Source: a virus
Virus record (IMG/VR): IMGVR_UViG_3300007609_001696
Location: 19,267-83,266 of that record
DNA: 64,000 nucleotides
Direction: 5' to 3' (one strand)
The translations under genes and the position numbers were made by a program. The notes under the pieces are model-generated. The model saw only the letters and a program-made list of their open reading frames with translations. It searched no databases and was not told the origin of the DNA. Below are positions 53,109 through 63,224 of the stretch, piece by piece (positions within the stretch are counted from its first letter, which is position 1; each line of letters starts with the position of its first letter).

Positions 53109-53533
53109 TATACCCTCTTTACACCTGATATACTACGTCTTTTTTGTCTTTCTGATTTAACTTCTGGAGTGCCGGTGGTTTGTTGTGTCTGGGCTACGCT
53201 ATCTGCTAAACCAGCAACTTCCTGTTGTTTGTTGTCTTTTACTACTGCTTCGACCTGCTCAACACTCTCTAATTCATCAGCAACTACGGATGCCTTCGCG
53301 GTCGGCTTTGCTGTAGGAATATTACCTTCCTGTGGCACTGTTGCGTGTAGGTCGTAATAGTTGGCTTTGATTTTGTCTGACTTGGATCTAATAACTTGCC
53401 CGGTTGGAGTGATTTCGTCACCTCTAGCATTTACACGCATATTGCCCACTGCTAGAGTATCCTCTTGCTTGAGTCGTAGAGCTTCTATGTCCATGCTCTT
53501 GCCCATTGCAGTTTTGTATAATTTTTTAGCCAT
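53108..53533 (-). CDS. Hypothetical protein
   Basis: AVGNMRVNARGD; AGGAG RBS after TAAATA. Confidence 0.7.
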   Translation of the reverse strand: MAKKLYKTAMGKSMDIEALRLKQEDTLAVGNMRVNARGDEITPTGQVIRSKSDKIKANYYDLHATVPQEGNIPTAKPTAKASVVADELESVEQVEAVVKDNKQQEVAGLADSVAQTQQTTGTPEVKSERQKRRSISGVKRV

Positions 53534-53560
53534 GTTTGATCTCCTAGAATATGCTACTAT

Positions 53561-54070
53561 TTAGCGTAAAAATTCGGCAATGTCTAAATCATAATATAGA
53601 CTGTTTACTTTGTGCACACCCATCAAATACAACACAAAACTGGCTACACTACTGCCCCGTCCTACGCCTAGCACTTGGTTGTTTTCGCAACAAGTGTCGA
53701 CGAAATACTTCAAGAACTTTAGCAATTCGAATAGATTCTTTTCATGATACAACAACAATTCTGCGCCTACCCGCTGTAGTTCTGCATCATTGCTACACTG
53801 ATCTAGTAACCACTTTGCTATGTCAAATGACTTGTATTCATCTGGCATGTGCCAATTTTGTTGATTTTGAAGGTGAAACTGTTCCGGATCTTTGTGCGTT
53901 TGCGGTATGCTCAATTTATCTAATTCACTGTACAGCTGGTCAATGCTTGCATTGTATTCTGTAGGATCGTTTACCAACAATCTACTGATATCCAATTGTG
54001 GATTGGCATATAACAATTCAATCACATCTGATTCACTGTAGGAGATTCTACCGTAATTGTCTGTGTTCAT
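53561..54070 (-). CDS. Stand-alone DnaE (Pol III alpha) palm fragment
   Basis: R...EL, GVGRGSSVAS.VLYL.G; lacks PDxD. Confidence 0.75.
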   Translation of the reverse strand: MNTDNYGRISYSESDVIELLYANPQLDISRLLVNDPTEYNASIDQLYSELDKLSIPQTHKDPEQFHLQNQQNWHMPDEYKSFDIAKWLLDQCSNDAELQRVGAELLLYHEKNLFELLKFLKYFVDTCCENNQVLGVGRGSSVASFVLYLMGVHKVNSLYYDLDIAEFLR

Positions 54071-54309
54071 CCTATATCTATGCTGTCGTTGTTGGAGATT
54101 GATGATTTTTTGTTTAAAGATTCTAGTTGTTTTTTGGTTTTTTCGTTGTACTTGTGTTGGATAGATTGTTGTATTGTTTGCAACTGTTGTAGCATTTGGT
54201 GGTTGCCAATTCGATGTGCATAAGTGATTTTACTATTGACGTCGTTTAACTTTTCACCGAGTTGGTCAACAGTTAGATCGTCTAGATTGTCGAGTAATGG
54301 ATGATACAT
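54067..54309 (-). CDS. Coiled-coil hypothetical protein
   Basis: Coupled ORF. Confidence 0.65.
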   Translation of the reverse strand: MYHPLLDNLDDLTVDQLGEKLNDVNSKITYAHRIGNHQMLQQLQTIQQSIQHKYNEKTKKQLESLNKKSSISNNDSIDIG

Positions 54310-54680
54310 TACTTGAGGATCTTTTCCAAATCTGGAGCAAAATAGCTTTCTCCCTTGAGAATTTTACCGTCCTCTCTGTAGATAGGTCTTCCGGTGGCAC
54401 CCAACTTGCTCATGTTGCTAGTATGAACTTCATCAAAGCATGCATCAAGATCAATGCCAAAAGCATGTCCTGCTCCATATGTGACATACAGTATATCGGT
54501 GAGTGCATCTGCCACTTCGACAATGTTGTCTTCGCTGATAGCATCTACCAGTTCGTTAAGTTCTTCTCTGATGAGTTCTATGCGCAGTCGTTGTGTATCG
54601 CCGTCGGCTAGAGAAGCAGTTTTTTTCACATTTTGGCCAAAGGCAGTCATAAAATGTTCTACTTTTTCAAAGTTTGTCAT
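54309..54680 (-). CDS. MazG/PRA-PH-like NTP pyrophosphohydrolase
   Basis: EELNEL, EVADALTDILYV, EVH.SNMSK, REDGKILK. Confidence 0.85.
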   Translation of the reverse strand: MTNFEKVEHFMTAFGQNVKKTASLADGDTQRLRIELIREELNELVDAISEDNIVEVADALTDILYVTYGAGHAFGIDLDACFDEVHTSNMSKLGATGRPIYREDGKILKGESYFAPDLEKILK

Positions 54681-54809
54681 ATTTCCTCAAATTCTAACTC
54701 ATATTGATTATTTAAGAAACAATCGCGTGGTAGTGCCAGTTCCGGAGCATCAGAGTAATCATAATCAGTAACTACATCAAATCCCGCGGAATCTAAAGTT
54801 TCTACGTGC

Positions 54810-54838
54810 ATTATACAAGATCCGAATAGTTTTGTCAA
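54810..54838 (-). promoter_or_regulatory. Consensus sigma70 promoter
   Basis: TTGACA-17-TATAAT exact. Confidence 0.75.
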
Positions 54839-55588
54839 CTACCAAACTGTAGTAGGAAGAGCCACTCGCGTCCATATACTAGTACTGCCGCCGTCATAGT
54901 CAGCTGTGCAAAAGTATATGTAGTCTTCGTCAAAGGCAAAATCGCCTTGTTCGTCGCCCGGCAAGCCCACACTGCTGGCAATTGTTCGATAGTCTACCTT
55001 ACGAGTTCTAGTGGTGTGTTCTGTGACCACAAAAGTTGTGCCGCTGTCGGTGGTAACAAATTCATAGACATACGTACCAGTTCTATAAAAATCGATAACA
55101 CCTGTTGTACTGTCGTACCCAACTAGGTTTTCCTCGCCTAATAGTGTATAAGTGCCTGGATCTATGGTAACAGAATGTGCAGTGCTAGTGATTGTTACTT
55201 CAACTCTAATTCTGCCTAGTTTTCCAGCAGCTGGCAAATTGCTGAATCCAAATGTTAAATCGCCGTTGCTGGTTACTGTTTGATAATGCCCGTCTTCGTG
55301 GTTGAATGTAACTGTACCGTCCGTTGTGCCTTTGTCAACTACAGTTTCGGCAAAATCACGTACTTCAAAATCCAGCAACAATGCCCCTGCACCATCGTTG
55401 TCAAGTGTTTCGCCTGACAGTGCACTTTTCAACAAAGCTTTGTTTTGAATATCTTCAATTTCACTTTTAGCACTGGTTAGTGCTGTTTTGATATTGGTGA
55501 AGTTGTCACGGAAACCCTGTGAATCATTGTCTTGTCCTGCAACAGGATAGGTTCCGTCGATGCTGCTAGGATTAATACTACTGGCCAT
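54839..55588 (-). CDS. Virion structural protein (tail/baseplate-associated)
   Basis: YPVAGQDNDSQGFRDNF; C-terminal G..GD.AFD..YIY.C...W.R shared with 58126..58512. Confidence 0.65.
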   Translation of the reverse strand: MASSINPSSIDGTYPVAGQDNDSQGFRDNFTNIKTALTSAKSEIEDIQNKALLKSALSGETLDNDGAGALLLDFEVRDFAETVVDKGTTDGTVTFNHEDGHYQTVTSNGDLTFGFSNLPAAGKLGRIRVEVTITSTAHSVTIDPGTYTLLGEENLVGYDSTTGVIDFYRTGTYVYEFVTTDSGTTFVVTEHTTRTRKVDYRTIASSVGLPGDEQGDFAFDEDYIYFCTADYDGGSTSIWTRVALPTTVW

Positions 55589-58093
55589 TTAATCTAATAC
55601 TCCATTTTGTGGGAATTTAAGATATTTATCACCGTAGTCTTGTTCACGGAAAACTATGCTTCCTGTGATAAATCTTGTGTTGCGGTTATCAAAAGTGGTT
55701 TCAAAAATATCACTGCTGTACTTGGTGTCTTCGATTAATATTGTTGTGCCCGATTCTGGAGCAGTTGCAAACACCACATCATTGCCGATTACCTGATATT
55801 CTGTACTGCTGACTGCATCCTGTGTGAGATCAAAAGTCACATTGTCGTAGCCTGCCGCATCGTAGTTAGGATTGGCCACATTCAGTACTACAAGAACGTT
55901 CTGTGGATTGGTTACTGTGCCTTGCAGAGTAAATCTACGAGTACTGCCGTCGCCTGTGAATTGTTGACGACTGTTGTTGATGTCAAACGTCGTCTCTGCA
56001 CTGTCCACATATTCTCTTGTGGTTTTATCAAAGTTTTCGCTGAGGTCTGTGTCCCAGATATATCTATCAATGGAGAAATCCAACTGTTTGAAATCAAAGT
56101 TGCTGTTGTTTTGTATGTTGTAGGCAAGTTGGGCACTCTTTCCTGGTTTTGTATATGCCAACACCACTGCTGGGATCCAGTTTAGCACACTTCCGTCTTC
56201 CTGTTTGCTGGTCATCCATTCAGGAAAAGAGTCGGCGTATGCTATGCCAATGTCGGCCCGTATTTGTGATATCATATTCTGCAAACTGTTGGGATATACT
56301 GTGTCAATATCCAAGTATTCAGCACTGCCTTTTTCCAGCTGTTGCGCTTTGCTTATGCCAGCTATGTTGTCCACAATGTCCACATACACCACTTCGTATT
56401 TTGTGTTGCCTTTGCTATCCAAGGCTCTGGCAGTTTTTACTTCGCCAAATCTCAATTTTTTATTGTAGTGATTGAGTTGCATTGCTGTGGTAAACTGTGC
56501 AGCAGTTTTTGCATTTACACCAGGCAACACCAGCATACGTATGTCTTGTTGCTTGCCAAAATAAAAATCATTGCGTCTATACAAATCAGCAGGTTTGAAA
56601 ATATCTATGTTGGACACAAATTCTTTGAATTGCCTGCGTTTCTCTAAACTGAGAAAAGCACCAACATACAAATTTTCATAGGGTTCTATGTTGTCTGTGT
56701 CTACTGTGATAGTAAACACTTTGGTAGACGAAATCAACCCGCTGGCATCTTGTGCAGTAACTTCAAATTCGTATTCACGATCAAAGGTTGTTTCGTTGTA
56801 GTTGGTGGTGTGCTGATCAAACGTGGTAGTGCCTTTGTCCAGTGTAAAAATGTTAAAACTGGTTCGTCCGGTGATTGTGCCGTCTTCGTTGAATTTGAGT
56901 CCTTGTGGCAATGCAAGCTTTTGATAATTTTCCAGGCTGTATTTGAGATCATTGCCGTTTTCATCAACAGCTTCCACATACAAGGTACTGATGTCGCCGG
57001 TGCGTATGGTTCCAAGATTGGACAATGTTGCCCAAGTGATGTCTCTGAAAGCATCGCCTAATACTGTGAGTGAAAAAGTTGCTAGTTCACTGCTGTACAC
57101 CGGTGAATCTTTTTTGCGTGCCTGTATGCTAAACGAGTAATCTATTTCGCTGGCACTTTGGAAATCTATGTGACCATACAGCCAACCAGTGTCGGCATCC
57201 AGCACCAGCCCGCCGGGCAAGCTTTCTCCTGCGTCAGACGTATCCAGCACAAATTCTATTTGATCGTTGTCAAAGTCTTCTGCTGAAAACTGTATTGCAA
57301 AATAATCGTCGTGGAATGTACTGCCCAAATCAAGAGAATTGTATCGTAGTATTGGATTGCGTGCTGTGTCTTGGTCTGCTGTAACAACACTCACGTTGTC
57401 TGCTGTGTACACTGTGTTGTCTGCTGTGAGATTGTTTCTACTGTACACAAAAATTGTATAATTCTTTTGTACAACATCTTTGCCGTCTGACACACTGATG
57501 GAAAACAAGTAGTTTTTGTCCACACTCTTGGTGCCGACATCAAACACATATAGATCAAAATCATTGGCGTCATAACCCACACGTGCATCTGGTTCAGCCG
57601 GTTGAGGCTGTACGTATCCACTGATTACACCTGTGTCGGAGTCCAGCTCCAATCCAGGCGGTAGTTCAAAGTTTGCCACAGACCATACAAGTGTATCTAG
57701 GTCTAAATCTTCTGCTTCCAGTCGAATCTCAACATAATCACCTTCAATGAATTCACCCAAACTGCCCGCAGGTGTTGTTATTGTAGGCTTGTCTTGACCT
57801 GTGACAGTGAGCTCAAATGTTCTATCTGCTACACTGGTGTTGCCTCTGGCACGCACAACAAATCTACTGGTGATGTTTTGTCCTACATCAAAAGGCACGC
57901 CCTGCAGTATGTTTTTTACACTAGGCACACCATCAATGACACCGTCTGCCTTTAACTGCAAGCCGCTGGGCAAATTACCACTGATTATTTCAAACTGTGT
58001 GCTGTTGTCAGCCTCCAGTTCTAGTTTGTAGAATACTCGTTCTTCGATAGTGCCGAGATTGCCGGGTTGTGTTTTCCACACAGGATTGGACAT
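55589..58093 (-). CDS. Ig-like (He_PIG) repeat structural protein, baseplate-like
   Basis: Four LP.GL.L...G.I.G repeats; TTFD repeats. Confidence 0.75.
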   Translation of the reverse strand: MSNPVWKTQPGNLGTIEERVFYKLELEADNSTQFEIISGNLPSGLQLKADGVIDGVPSVKNILQGVPFDVGQNITSRFVVRARGNTSVADRTFELTVTGQDKPTITTPAGSLGEFIEGDYVEIRLEAEDLDLDTLVWSVANFELPPGLELDSDTGVISGYVQPQPAEPDARVGYDANDFDLYVFDVGTKSVDKNYLFSISVSDGKDVVQKNYTIFVYSRNNLTADNTVYTADNVSVVTADQDTARNPILRYNSLDLGSTFHDDYFAIQFSAEDFDNDQIEFVLDTSDAGESLPGGLVLDADTGWLYGHIDFQSASEIDYSFSIQARKKDSPVYSSELATFSLTVLGDAFRDITWATLSNLGTIRTGDISTLYVEAVDENGNDLKYSLENYQKLALPQGLKFNEDGTITGRTSFNIFTLDKGTTTFDQHTTNYNETTFDREYEFEVTAQDASGLISSTKVFTITVDTDNIEPYENLYVGAFLSLEKRRQFKEFVSNIDIFKPADLYRRNDFYFGKQQDIRMLVLPGVNAKTAAQFTTAMQLNHYNKKLRFGEVKTARALDSKGNTKYEVVYVDIVDNIAGISKAQQLEKGSAEYLDIDTVYPNSLQNMISQIRADIGIAYADSFPEWMTSKQEDGSVLNWIPAVVLAYTKPGKSAQLAYNIQNNSNFDFKQLDFSIDRYIWDTDLSENFDKTTREYVDSAETTFDINNSRQQFTGDGSTRRFTLQGTVTNPQNVLVVLNVANPNYDAAGYDNVTFDLTQDAVSSTEYQVIGNDVVFATAPESGTTILIEDTKYSSDIFETTFDNRNTRFITGSIVFREQDYGDKYLKFPQNGVLD

Positions 58094-58125
58094 GGTATTC
58101 CTCTTTTAGTATATTTACCAGAGTT

Positions 58126-58512
58126 TTACCAGGTGCTGATCAGCGTGCGCTTCCAGATGCTAGAACTGCCATCATAATTTGCAGTGCAAACATATATGTA
58201 TTGACTGTCGTATGCTATATCTCCTGCGCGATCGCCGCTGGCGCCCACACTAGATGCCGGAGTTTTTGCAGTGCTGATGTTAAGTTTGTTGCCACTTACT
58301 ATGACCTTGCCTGTGCCGTTTGGGTCAAGTATGATATCACCATTGGTGTTGGTAGTGGTGAGAGTGTTTTCGTTGAAGTCAAAGTTATTGCCTGCAGCCG
58401 AACGTCCGTACAATTCTTCAAAATTGTCATTGATTTTGTCAAAACTGTTACGAAGACTGTCGCCCGTGCCGTCGTTTGGACTAGTGCCAATATTGATAAC
58501 TTTTCTTGCCAT
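58126..58512 (-). CDS. Baseplate/tail protein (T4 gp9/gp10-like N-terminus)
   Basis: INIGTSPNDGTGDSLR..FDKINDNF.ELY. Confidence 0.7.
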   Translation of the reverse strand: MARKVINIGTSPNDGTGDSLRNSFDKINDNFEELYGRSAAGNNFDFNENTLTTTNTNGDIILDPNGTGKVIVSGNKLNISTAKTPASSVGASGDRAGDIAYDSQYIYVCTANYDGSSSIWKRTLISTW

Positions 58513-58540
58513 GTTGTGTCTCTCTGTGGTATAAATTTAT

Positions 58541-58756
58541 TTATCGTCTGTAAGAGATTCGACCTTTGGTGATATCATAGGGAGAAATTTCAACTTCCAC
58601 CTTGTCTCCTGTTACAATCATTATTCGATTGAGACGCATTTTACCACTGAGATGACAGTGTACATTTACACCATTGTCCAGCTCTACTCGGAATTGGTTT
58701 CCGGGTAAAATTTCTGTAACATTACCTTCAAATTTAATTACGTCTTTGGACATCAA
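58541..58756 (-). CDS. infA: Translation initiation factor IF-1
   Basis: LP...[31 protein letters not shown]. Confidence 0.93.
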   Translation of the reverse strand: MMSKDVIKFEGNVTEILPGNQFRVELDNGVNVHCHLSGKMRLNRIMIVTGDKVEVEISPYDITKGRISYRR

Positions 58757-59193
58757 TTCCTGCGCATTTGACTAATGCTTTTTGCTTCTTCGTTGTTGAT
58801 CACAGGCACTGCATTGCTTTTGTGCATGGTCGCAATTCCTTTGATCAAATCTCCTGTATATTTAGTGCTTTCTTTTTTTAGAGCAACACCTTTGCCGGAA
58901 TTCAAGCTTTTGTACTCCTTGCCGCGGCTGGTATCTGGCAACTTGTGTACATATGTTTTAACTTCTGGCGCAGTTTGGTTACACGATTGTTTGGGCTTTT
59001 CGGCTTTTCCGTACACCCGAGCAACGTATTCTTCAAAAGTCACACGTTCGTTGTGTCTGCCTGATTGTTTCATTTTTTTGTTAAACAATCGATGTTCTTC
59101 CGCTAGTTTTTGTTGTTGTGTACGAGTGATTTTTTTCTGTTTGCGCTTGCCAGTGTGCACCGTGGTAAGGCCGCGAGCCAAATGCATGGTCAT
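58753..59193 (-). CDS. Basic hypothetical protein
   Basis: AGGAG RBS; [18 protein letters not shown]. Confidence 0.7.
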   Translation of the reverse strand: MTMHLARGLTTVHTGKRKQKKITRTQQQKLAEEHRLFNKKMKQSGRHNERVTFEEYVARVYGKAEKPKQSCNQTAPEVKTYVHKLPDTSRGKEYKSLNSGKGVALKKESTKYTGDLIKGIATMHKSNAVPVINNEEAKSISQMRRN

Positions 59194-59253
59194 AGTTGAT
59201 CTCCTAAAATTGTCCAAACTGTAAATAGTATACACTATACAAGGACAAAGTCA

Positions 59254-59919
59254 ATGAATTTTACATCAGTGGGCATTCAAAGATCTGGTACAAACTACGT
59301 GCAAAGCTTTTTCGAAAAGCAAGGATTTAAACACATAAGCAAGAGTCCTGGGAATTTGTTTGATCTTCCGTTCTATGCATGGAAACATTGGACCGATCCG
59401 CAGAGATTTGTCAAAGATGTAGGACACAAACACTTGACAATAGTAGTATCAAAGCATCCATTAAAGTGGCTGGAAAGCATACTTCGCAATCCTGCAGATA
59501 TAAGTTTTATGTATCCTGCTGTTCAGTATGGTGCAAATCGAGTGCATTGCCCGCACGGCTGGAGACTGCAACGTTTTAGTCATTTGAGTGTGGACTCGCT
59601 GTTGAATCACTACAATACCTTTTACAGTAACTGGCACAACACCCAATTGTTTAACAATTTTTACACTGTGAGATATGAAGATATGCTGGATATAGATTTT
59701 GTTAACGAGTTTGTAGAAGGCGTGTGCTACGACCACAATCACCCATTTACAAAGTTGCACGCCAAACCCAAAGATGTATCTATGAGTGCCGGAGGAAGGT
59801 CAGAAGAATATTTGCAAACCTACAAAAGTATAGAGCATAACTTGCCAGAAAAATTTGTAGATGTGGCAAAAAGCAAACTGAGTACTAGCTTGCTTGAGAA
59901 ACTTGGTTATACTCTGTGA
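59254..59919 (+). CDS. Sulfotransferase-like protein
   Basis: 5'-PSB GIQRSGTNY, K.P..W..S, RYED. Confidence 0.72.
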   Translation: MNFTSVGIQRSGTNYVQSFFEKQGFKHISKSPGNLFDLPFYAWKHWTDPQRFVKDVGHKHLTIVVSKHPLKWLESILRNPADISFMYPAVQYGANRVHCPHGWRLQRFSHLSVDSLLNHYNTFYSNWHNTQLFNNFYTVRYEDMLDIDFVNEFVEGVCYDHNHPFTKLHAKPKDVSMSAGGRSEEYLQTYKSIEHNLPEKFVDVAKSKLSTSLLEKLGYTL

Positions 59920-60319
59920 GCAATTCTTCTTGCAAGCGATAGGCTTCTTCTTCCCATGGCAATGCCATGTAATCTTCCACTGTGCTGTATAGACTGATGT
60001 ACTCTTGTCCTTTCCAACTCTTGCAAGTGAGGTCAATATCTTTTAGCTCGTTTCTTGCATGTTGTTTTACATGCACCATTTCGTGGGCTATTGCACTGAC
60101 AAAATCATCGTGCGACAGTCTGCTGTCTATTTCCAGTTCAAATTCTCTATTGGTTCTAGCCAGACAATAACCATCTGCACCTTCCATGTCTGTGCTGAGC
60201 ACTATACAAACATCAAGTGTGCGCACTCTTGGCATTAGTTTTACTATACAAAAGTTTGCTACATCTTCTGCCAGTTTTCTTTTTTTCTTAGTACTTCCCC
60301 AGGCGCTTACCAAGTTCAT
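59885..60319 (-). CDS. Zinc metallopeptidase (HExxH)
   Basis: AHEMVH, PWE.EA; GGAG RBS; sigma70 promoter upstream. Confidence 0.75.
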   Translation of the reverse strand: MNLVSAWGSTKKKRKLAEDVANFCIVKLMPRVRTLDVCIVLSTDMEGADGYCLARTNREFELEIDSRLSHDDFVSAIAHEMVHVKQHARNELKDIDLTCKSWKGQEYISLYSTVEDYMALPWEEEAYRLQEELLTEYNQVSQAS

Positions 60320-60369
60320 CTGTGTCTCCAACAACCTATGCTGCTATAATAACACATTGTGCTGAATTG

Positions 60370-61572
60370 TCAAGGCACTTGTTTGTAAAAGTCTACTCTT
60401 TTTAAGTAGTAATTTTTGTCTTCAGCATTTATATATTTAAAAAGTTTATTAAGACTACAAGTTTCTTGCTTAACCAAAACATCCCACTTGGCAGTAAAAT
60501 CTAAATAACCTAACCATGCATCTTTGTTGTTTGAAGTTTTTATGCTTTCTCTTAAACCTACTAATACATCGCGAAATCTTTCTGTGTTTGGTTGTTTTAA
60601 AAAACCGTGGTTTATAGCTTTGTCGAGCGTGTCAAATATTAGATCTTGTAGATAGACTGGAACATTTTCAGGCATCAATTCAGTAGGTTGATATAAGTGC
60701 CAACTAAACATAGAAAATCTACGCTGGTCTATTGTTAGAGTAAATTTTTGCCAAAAGTTTATTATATCAGGAAGATACAAAATATTATTTAGACTAACAA
60801 CTGGTGCAACTGCTAAATTAATGTCAAAATTATAATTTAAATATGGTTTTATAACCTCAAGATGTTTTTCAATTTTTGTAAACTTTCCTGGAAATCTTAC
60901 CAGTGAGTAATTATCGTCCACGCTATCTATGCTTGCGATTATTTCTGTTCTTGCAAATTTGGTGCATTTATTTAGAAAATCATTGTTAATTTTGCTGTAA
61001 AAACTTGTGGTTATACGAAGTGTGATGAACTTTGCAATATTTTTTGATATACACCAATCTAAAAGTTTATAAAAACCAGGAGCCAGCAATGGTTCGCCGC
61101 CAATAGGATGAATTATAATTTCTTTGTCTGTGAATACTTTGTGTTCTATGTAATTAAGTATTTTATTCCACGTATCTGAATCTTCTGTTATGTCTGTAGA
61201 AATAGATTCATACTGAGGAACAGTGCTAGTAATTTTTTGATATGTGCTACTATCGTTAGGATTGCAAAATCTGCAAGCTAAATTGCACAAATTGCTAAAC
61301 TTTATACCTATTTCGAACACAGGCTTGTGGTCAAAAGATTGTAAACTTAGTCTTTCTGATATTGCTCCGGCTAGTTCTTCTTTTTTGCACAAATTGCACT
61401 CTTTGGGAAATATACCTTTGTCTAACGTGCTGGATATTTTTTGAATAAATTCAAAATCCAAGTGACCAGAATTGTTATTATCTAGATTACAACAAACAGT
61501 AAGTTTAGTATCTTTGCCAGAATTTCTAAAGTTTATCCTAGCGTGCGGAGCTCCGCAAAAATATTTTGACAA
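60370..61572 (-). CDS. Radical SAM protein with a Twitch/SPASM-like N-terminus
   Basis: VCC, CNLC, CNLACRFC, GGEP. Confidence 0.82.
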   Translation of the reverse strand: MSKYFCGAPHARINFRNSGKDTKLTVCCNLDNNNSGHLDFEFIQKISSTLDKGIFPKECNLCKKEELAGAISERLSLQSFDHKPVFEIGIKFSNLCNLACRFCNPNDSSTYQKITSTVPQYESISTDITEDSDTWNKILNYIEHKVFTDKEIIIHPIGGEPLLAPGFYKLLDWCISKNIAKFITLRITTSFYSKINNDFLNKCTKFARTEIIASIDSVDDNYSLVRFPGKFTKIEKHLEVIKPYLNYNFDINLAVAPVVSLNNILYLPDIINFWQKFTLTIDQRRFSMFSWHLYQPTELMPENVPVYLQDLIFDTLDKAINHGFLKQPNTERFRDVLVGLRESIKTSNNKDAWLGYLDFTAKWDVLVKQETCSLNKLFKYINAEDKNYYLKRVDFYKQVP

Positions 61573-61618
61573 AATATCTTCCTAGTTTGAAAATATTTAC
61601 CTATTAAACAACAAAAAG

Positions 61619-62326
61619 TTAACTCCACAAACAGGTGTAATATTTGCCAAACAATCTGAATCCGTTTTGTTTGCGATTCTGATACACTTCCCAGCCTGCT
61701 TTGTCAAAGTGACTGGTGTCATCGGGTCCACGATCCATACGGAAGTATTTGGCATCTTTCTCGGCGACTTCATTGCCTGCTTCGTCGACAGGCACACTTA
61801 TAAAGTCAATGTTGCCAGTATGGAACCGGCCTTCTGCTTCGTCATAATCTTTTGTGTGTTCTGAGAATGCCCAGATCATTTCGTCTAGCACATAATTCCA
61901 GCGAGCAAAGAAGTTTGGATCTGTTTCTCCGTTGACCATATATTTTTCTTCATACCAACCATGTGGCATACGCAGTTCAAACGGAACGTCTTCGCTGTCT
62001 ACGTTAGGAGCACCCTGCTTGCTCCGTTTTAAATCTACCAGCATCGGCAACACAATATGTGCCAGTGTGTCGTCAGCATTCCAAGTATCCCAAGGATCAA
62101 GTTTCACACTCACACGACGACGCTCCTGCCATGCCATATACCGTTCAGCCAACCATACGTGACCTCGACCTAGCCAAGTGTCCGCATACCACTCTCCGGC
62201 ATTGTGAACCCACTCTGGACTATCTGGCAATCCGTATTCGTCTTTGGTCTTTGCCCAGAAGAAGATCTTTTCCATCAACTGATGTGGCCAAAACCAAGTT
62301 GGATATTTTTTAATTTTTACTTGCAT
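61619..62326 (-). CDS. Hypothetical protein
   Basis: WDTW.AD.TLA.I..PML...GF.LFGKYY..LW. Confidence 0.7.
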   Translation of the reverse strand: MQVKIKKYPTWFWPHQLMEKIFFWAKTKDEYGLPDSPEWVHNAGEWYADTWLGRGHVWLAERYMAWQERRRVSVKLDPWDTWNADDTLAHIVLPMLVDLKRSKQGAPNVDSEDVPFELRMPHGWYEEKYMVNGETDPNFFARWNYVLDEMIWAFSEHTKDYDEAEGRFHTGNIDFISVPVDEAGNEVAEKDAKYFRMDRGPDDTSHFDKAGWEVYQNRKQNGFRLFGKYYTCLWS

Positions 62327-62576
62327 GGTATTCTTCCTCTACATCTGCTAAGAACTCTTGTATATATCCATATGCTTCTTGGGCTTCGTCTTCGGTGACA
62401 TCTGTGTAATTGTTTAGCACATCTGCCACACTCCATGTTTTTAATGTCTCGTACAGCCAGTCTTTGGTTTGGCCAATGCTGTACCACAGGCTCAACACCT
62501 GTTCATCACGGCTTGTGCCACTGTTGCTGCTCCAGAAACTATACCAAGCACTGTTGCCCCATCGACTATAGCTCAT
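62310..62576 (-). CDS. Hypothetical protein
   Basis: Coupled ORF MSYSRW. Confidence 0.65.
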   Translation of the reverse strand: MSYSRWGNSAWYSFWSSNSGTSRDEQVLSLWYSIGQTKDWLYETLKTWSVADVLNNYTDVTEDEAQEAYGYIQEFLADVEEEYHASKN

Positions 62577-62860
62577 TATGCTTTCTTTTTGTTTTTTCGA
62601 GCATTGCTGGTCAAATCGCCACCTTTGACGCTGTCACTCATTGAGTTTTGATATCCACGTTCCAAACTACGCAGTGTGGTTTTGTCTGTATCACTGCTGT
62701 GCACAATAGCATCATACATGGCTCTAAGCTCGGCTTCTTTTTGTTCATTGTGTCTTTTGCCCATTTGAGCCAGCACAATTTCAAACATCTTGTATTTTTC
62801 TCTGGTGGTTAGCCCGCCAAGAATTCGATCTGCTTCATTCTTTAGATTCTTTACGCTCAC
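62576..62860 (-). CDS. Hypothetical protein
   Basis: GTG start after GAGGAGG. Confidence 0.55.
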   Translation of the reverse strand: MSVKNLKNEADRILGGLTTREKYKMFEIVLAQMGKRHNEQKEAELRAMYDAIVHSSDTDKTTLRSLERGYQNSMSDSVKGGDLTSNARKNKKKA

Positions 62861-63080
62861 GGAATTCCTCCTCAAAGAGCACTGCATCATTGTAATGCTC
62901 AAAATGATACAAGTTTGTGTACATCAAATGATACTTTACAAAATGATACTCAAATTGTTCACAGTGTGATTTACACCATTGTATGCAAGCCAAGTGCAAG
63001 TCGCTGTGAACTTCTACAGTATAACCCGGCAACCAACTGCGTTTGTGTTCGTGCGTTTGTTGTGGAGTCATACTGGCCAT
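62835..63080 (-). CDS. Hypothetical protein
   Basis: Follows TTGACA-16-TATAAT (63089-63116) by 8 nt. Confidence 0.6.
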   Translation of the reverse strand: MASMTPQQTHEHKRSWLPGYTVEVHSDLHLACIQWCKSHCEQFEYHFVKYHLMYTNLYHFEHYNDAVLFEEEFRERKESKE

Positions 63081-63096
63081 ACTCTAGTATTATACG

Positions 63097-63219
63097 CTAT
63101 TGTTTGGTTTTGTCAACCGGAGGATTGGATTTTGAGAAAATTTTTTCCCAATTTTGTTGATATTTCTGTGTGTTGGCGTTTTTTCTAGGAGCCGAGCCTT
63201 TACCGTTCTGTGGATTCAT
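63097..63219 (-). CDS. Small 40-aa protein
   Basis: Manual ORF MNPQNGKGSAPRK...YQQNWEKIF. Confidence 0.5.
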   Translation of the reverse strand: MNPQNGKGSAPRKNANTQKYQQNWEKIFSKSNPPVDKTKQ

Positions 63220-63224
63220 ATATT

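Noticed and set aside
54677-54811. 44-aa ORF (MHVETLDS...) or ncRNA upstream of the MazG-like gene
   Set aside because: Its ATG overlaps the -10 box and has no SD, although the stop is coupled to the next gene. I cannot tell a CDS from a leader.
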